DNA of 64,000 nucleotides from an uncultured Verrucomicrobiae bacterium (GTDB lineage: Bacteria > Verrucomicrobiota > Verrucomicrobiia > Limisphaerales > Palsa-1400), in assembly GCA_963707025.1 (NCBI GenBank), contig CAVPOM010000012.1, positions 224,001 to 288,000 on the forward strand, in the 5' to 3' direction. The position numbers and the translations under genes were made by a program. The notes under the pieces were generated by a model. That model searched no databases. It had not been told where the DNA came from and worked only from the letters and a program-made list of their open reading frames with translations. Positions 60,408 through 64,000 of this stretch are shown one piece after another; position 1 is the first letter of the stretch; the number at the start of each line of letters is the position of its first letter.

Positions 60408-61526
60408 TCAGGCCCACGAATTTTTCGCCAGCAGTTTAAGCACGCGCTCGGCGTGCAGGCGGACAGAGCCGATATCTTTGATGCGCGCGCGGGCTTTACC
60501 CCCAACCTGCTTTGCCAGATTCTCATCACACAGCAGTTTTATCACCTTTCCAGCCAATAGCGGAATGTCATGCTTATCCGCCAAAAAACCATAATCCTCG
60601 GAATCGAGAGCCTCCTTCAGTCCGCCATGCAGCACCGAGGCCACCACCGGCACACCATAGGACATGGCCTCGAGAGGTGTGCGCCCCATGGCATCCCAGT
60701 CGGAGTTGAATACCATAACGTCAAGAGCCCGGAAAAATACTTCAAGATCTTTTTCCCATCCCAACCAGACTACTCGTTCCTGGATTCCTAACTCCGTTGC
60801 AAGCCGGACGAGATTACCCCGCTCGGGACCATCGCCTGCTATAAGGAAGCGCGCCTGTGGAACAGCCGCCGCCACTTTGGCGGCGACGTTCAAGAATACA
60901 TCCCAGCGCTTGCGCGCGATCAGCCAACCGGCATTGCCAACGACTTTGTGTGCTTGAGCCAGACCAAGTTGCCGCCGGGCATTCTCACGTTGCTTTCCTT
61001 CAATCTGTGATGGCAAGGTGAAAGGATATGGAATGGGATAAGATATGGTGCGACTTGAATTGACAAGCTTGGGAGCGGTCCTCAATGCCTCGTCCATGAT
61101 GAAACGCGAGGGATAAATGATGCATTTGAAACGCCACATGGCCACCCGGTAAATCAGCCGCCAGCCCACAGCGGATATAACCCCTTCATGATGGTAATGG
61201 AGGGAAAGGATGCGATTGGGGCGGCAAAAATCGCCCAGGGCCAGCATCGCCATCAGGTTGTGTCCCACCATGATAAGCGCATCGGCTTGTTTGGTGCGCA
61301 AGATGTGCCGGAGCGGAAGAAAACTGCGCCAACCCCATTTTCCGCGATACCCAACGGCGGAAGCCGGAATGCCGTGCCTTTGTAGCGCCTGCCCAAGTGG
61401 TCCCATCTCGTTCAAAGAAAGCAACTCGACCTCATGCCCAATCTGCTTCAACTCAGCCATAAGAAGCAGGGTGGATTGCTCCATACCGCCCAAATTGGCG
61501 CATTGCATGATGAAGAGGATCTTCAT
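60408..61526 (-). CDS. GT4 glycosyltransferase
   Basis: GGME, AGDGPER, DAMGRTPLEAMSYG. Confidence 0.92.
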   Translation of the reverse strand: MKILFIMQCANLGGMEQSTLLLMAELKQIGHEVELLSLNEMGPLGQALQRHGIPASAVGYRGKWGWRSFLPLRHILRTKQADALIMVGHNLMAMLALGDFCRPNRILSLHYHHEGVISAVGWRLIYRVAMWRFKCIIYPSRFIMDEALRTAPKLVNSSRTISYPIPYPFTLPSQIEGKQRENARRQLGLAQAHKVVGNAGWLIARKRWDVFLNVAAKVAAAVPQARFLIAGDGPERGNLVRLATELGIQERVVWLGWEKDLEVFFRALDVMVFNSDWDAMGRTPLEAMSYGVPVVASVLHGGLKEALDSEDYGFLADKHDIPLLAGKVIKLLCDENLAKQVGGKARARIKDIGSVRLHAERVLKLLAKNSWA

Positions 61527-61867
61527 CGGGAAACGTCGGATTCCACAGCTCGATGTCGCTTCCAGGATTGACCCGGCCCGGTGGAGCCCAAGCAAGGGTG
61601 GTCCGCTTTACCAGACGCTCCCATGCACAAGACCCCGGCCATCGAACACCATGAAGTCATTGCGTAGTGAAGGGCAGTCAGCGATTTGCCGTTCCAAAGC
61701 AGCCGCTTTGCGGGTTGCAAAATACATTGCCCGAACCATTCCCCTGACGGGAAAAGGGGGCTTTGCACCAACTCGAAGTGCATTAAATTACATCCGGCAG
61801 AGCCCCGATCCCTGCCCATAACGGGCTCCCCATCATCCACGCAGACCACGGTGGCGCCTGCGTTCGA

Positions 61868-63598
61868 TCACGGCGCATTGGTCACAACGTGAACATCAGT
61901 TGGCGGTTGCAGCATCGAGCCGGCATAGGCCTGCCCCACCAAAGATGCCGCCGTGTTGGGATACCAACTGTTCACAAGGATAATATTGCCTGCCCGCATG
62001 CTGGACGGCAGCAATGCCATGTTCGTGTATGGCGGATCAATCTTGATCACCCCAACTGCATTCGGATATATGGAGAGTATATTCGCAGGCACGAAATAGC
62101 CGGTAAATTGCGGCTGTAAAAATGGAGCCGACATGGCGAACATTTTGGTTCCCTGGCCGAGGGTAACCTGGAAGGCGCACTCGGGCGCAAGCAATATTCC
62201 CGGGTAAGCCTGTAGAATGTTTGTCAGCGCAGAGACTGCCCTTGGCCCATACTGATCTAACGCCCCGTACGAGTCCATATAAAACATGGTACAGCCCCAG
62301 TGGTTGTTGGCATATTGAATTTTGTTGAGCAACCCCGGCCAGTAAGATTCTTCCGTTACTGGAGCGCCGATGTTCGTCTGAACCCAGCCGTTGGTGTAAT
62401 AATATTCTTTCTGTCCATAGGGAGCATCAACATTGATGAACACGTTGCCATTTGTGCCATCCGGAAAGCTCGTTCCCGCCCCGAATGTGTGCGGTCTAAG
62501 AGTCACCCCGACACGCAGCCCGGCAGAGGTGTATTTTGCGAAGAATTCATCGGCCACTGCGTCCATTTCCGGGGCTAAAACAGAAACCTTTCTGGGATCG
62601 CCAACATAGGTTAATCCCTCTATTTCATCGCCCTCAACGTCCCAGATAATAACCCCCTGGGCATTCATATTCGTCAAAATGGCAATCTCTTGATTTGCCC
62701 TGGCCAGAAGAGCCGTGCGAAATGCCGCTACGCCGTTGCTCGTGCTGTAGTCTGGACCGTTTGCGGCAAACCAGCCTCTCGGATTGTTGGTGGTTGAGAA
62801 TGAAGCGTTGCCCAAAACATCCATGCCTATGGGTCTCCGATCCGCCCAATTAAATGTGAAGGGGGGATTTTGCTCCAGTTCTATTATGGCCCAGCGGCTG
62901 TCGAGATAATTGAATATCGCTGACTCGTTGGTGCTTTGGTCACCGTTGCAAATGAGAAGCTCGCCCAGATAGACGTTTGCCAAGCTATAGGCATTCTCAG
63001 CTTGCCCGCCCATTTCAAGAGTATTAATGCTGTTCGTTCCCGGGTTGCCGGTGACGGCAATGTCCGTTCCTCCGTCAATTCGATATTTTGAGTTCGCTCC
63101 ATTCAATACAAGCATCATTATGTGCCAACTCGGATCGATCCGGAATGCGCTGCCGCCAATGCCGGCGTATATGGTAAAATAACCGCTTCCGTTGCCCATG
63201 CTCCATGCAGTCTCGCCGCGAATGCTGCCGATGAAATCGTTTATAAAGGTGTTTTCCGGACCAATGTAGCTGTAAACCAGGAAAATGGTCACCGGTTGAG
63301 CCGCAGCATGAGGAAACGGGGCCCCATTGGTCAAAAAGCCTGAAACGCCGTCGAAAAGCACCGCTGGCAACCCATTTTGCTGACCGGTCTGAAAGGTAGG
63401 CTGGTTACTGCTTACAGTTTGTCCAACTGAGGCGTTGATCGTTCCACCGGAGGGACTCCAGATTGAAACTGGCGCATTGTTCCTCAAACCCAGCGCATCC
63501 GCTTTATACCAGACATACAAGTTGGTGTCTGTGCCCGGGGAATACGTTTGGCAACAGCAGGAATAACAGCAAATAACACCAAAAACCCAGAATTTCAT
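61868..63598 (-). CDS. Secreted protein: LamG/ConA-like domain plus uncharacterised GH-like domain
   Basis: WYKADAL, NGLPAVLFDG, GELLI, YLDSRW; then DRRPIG, WDVEGDE, FYMDS. Confidence 0.75.
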   Translation of the reverse strand: MKFWVFGVICCYSCCCQTYSPGTDTNLYVWYKADALGLRNNAPVSIWSPSGGTINASVGQTVSSNQPTFQTGQQNGLPAVLFDGVSGFLTNGAPFPHAAAQPVTIFLVYSYIGPENTFINDFIGSIRGETAWSMGNGSGYFTIYAGIGGSAFRIDPSWHIMMLVLNGANSKYRIDGGTDIAVTGNPGTNSINTLEMGGQAENAYSLANVYLGELLICNGDQSTNESAIFNYLDSRWAIIELEQNPPFTFNWADRRPIGMDVLGNASFSTTNNPRGWFAANGPDYSTSNGVAAFRTALLARANQEIAILTNMNAQGVIIWDVEGDEIEGLTYVGDPRKVSVLAPEMDAVADEFFAKYTSAGLRVGVTLRPHTFGAGTSFPDGTNGNVFINVDAPYGQKEYYYTNGWVQTNIGAPVTEESYWPGLLNKIQYANNHWGCTMFYMDSYGALDQYGPRAVSALTNILQAYPGILLAPECAFQVTLGQGTKMFAMSAPFLQPQFTGYFVPANILSIYPNAVGVIKIDPPYTNMALLPSSMRAGNIILVNSWYPNTAASLVGQAYAGSMLQPPTDVHVVTNAP

Positions 63599-64000
63599 GT
63601 ATATCCTCAAAACTACGCCCATCAGTTTTGCCGGATGATGAGATTCAGATAAACGCCCTAAAGGGTAAAAGCTCACATTCTTACCGTCTTGGATTTGCAT
63701 TTTAATTTCTTAGAGCATAATCTACGCCTCGTTTTTGACGCCAATATGCGTTTCCGACCGCTGACTCTGCCTGTTCCATGCCAAGCGGCTCCACAATTGG
63801 CGTTCAGGCAACCGACGCCACAGCCGCTTCCTGCCGACTCGTGAAGCGAGGATCCAGAGCCTTGTCTCGGATCGTGGAAGCCGGGCCGAAAACTTCCGCA
63901 CGCCACGGCCTGTTCCGACGTCGTGCCATGCCGGATATCTGGCCCCGACCCGGAAGCTCGTGCCGTTGGAAGCAGGTGCGGCAGAAATAATGTCTCTTTT

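Noticed and set aside
61530..61860. CDS between GT4 and the LamG/GH-like gene
   Set aside because: No frame gives recognisable protein features
63700..64000. 3' end of an upstream EPS gene
   Set aside because: Several frames are open but none is recognisable

Overview
GC-rich bacterial chromosome segment, most likely Verrucomicrobiota (inferred from PEP-CTERM proteins, an exosortase inside a polysaccharide locus, HEAT/TMTC-TPR families, and rpsP-khpA-trmD-rplS without rimM). Left: a TMTC-like gene, an orphan antitoxin plus cardiolipin synthase between AAAATGC heptamer arrays, and a ~7.6 kb integrative element (2982-10598). The element carries a tyrosine integrase, two HTH genes, an HUH rolling-circle Rep, an IS1380 relic and an Ig/FGE-fold cargo gene, and is bounded by a CCGAAAA core, paired arm repeats and a defective tRNA-Phe. 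Middle: recQ, GH2, a Tat oxidoreductase, the S16 operon, gluQ and pheT. 26-49 kb: an envelope/secretion neighbourhood with Pho-box-like promoters, containing a porin, TpsA, an AraC-TpsB fusion, a PstS-like protein, PEP-CTERM proteins, TonB, a decayed ExbB, a DegP-like protein lacking its catalytic His, and tandem TMTC-TPR genes. Right: an exopolysaccharide/exosortase operon. The strongest novelty candidates are the AraC-signal peptide-TpsB fusion with its regulon, the integrative rolling-circle element, and a 30-bp palindrome nested twice into position 18/19 of itself. Six genes carry homopolymer-insertion frameshifts that look like sequencing error. All calls come from reading motifs by eye; no searches were run.
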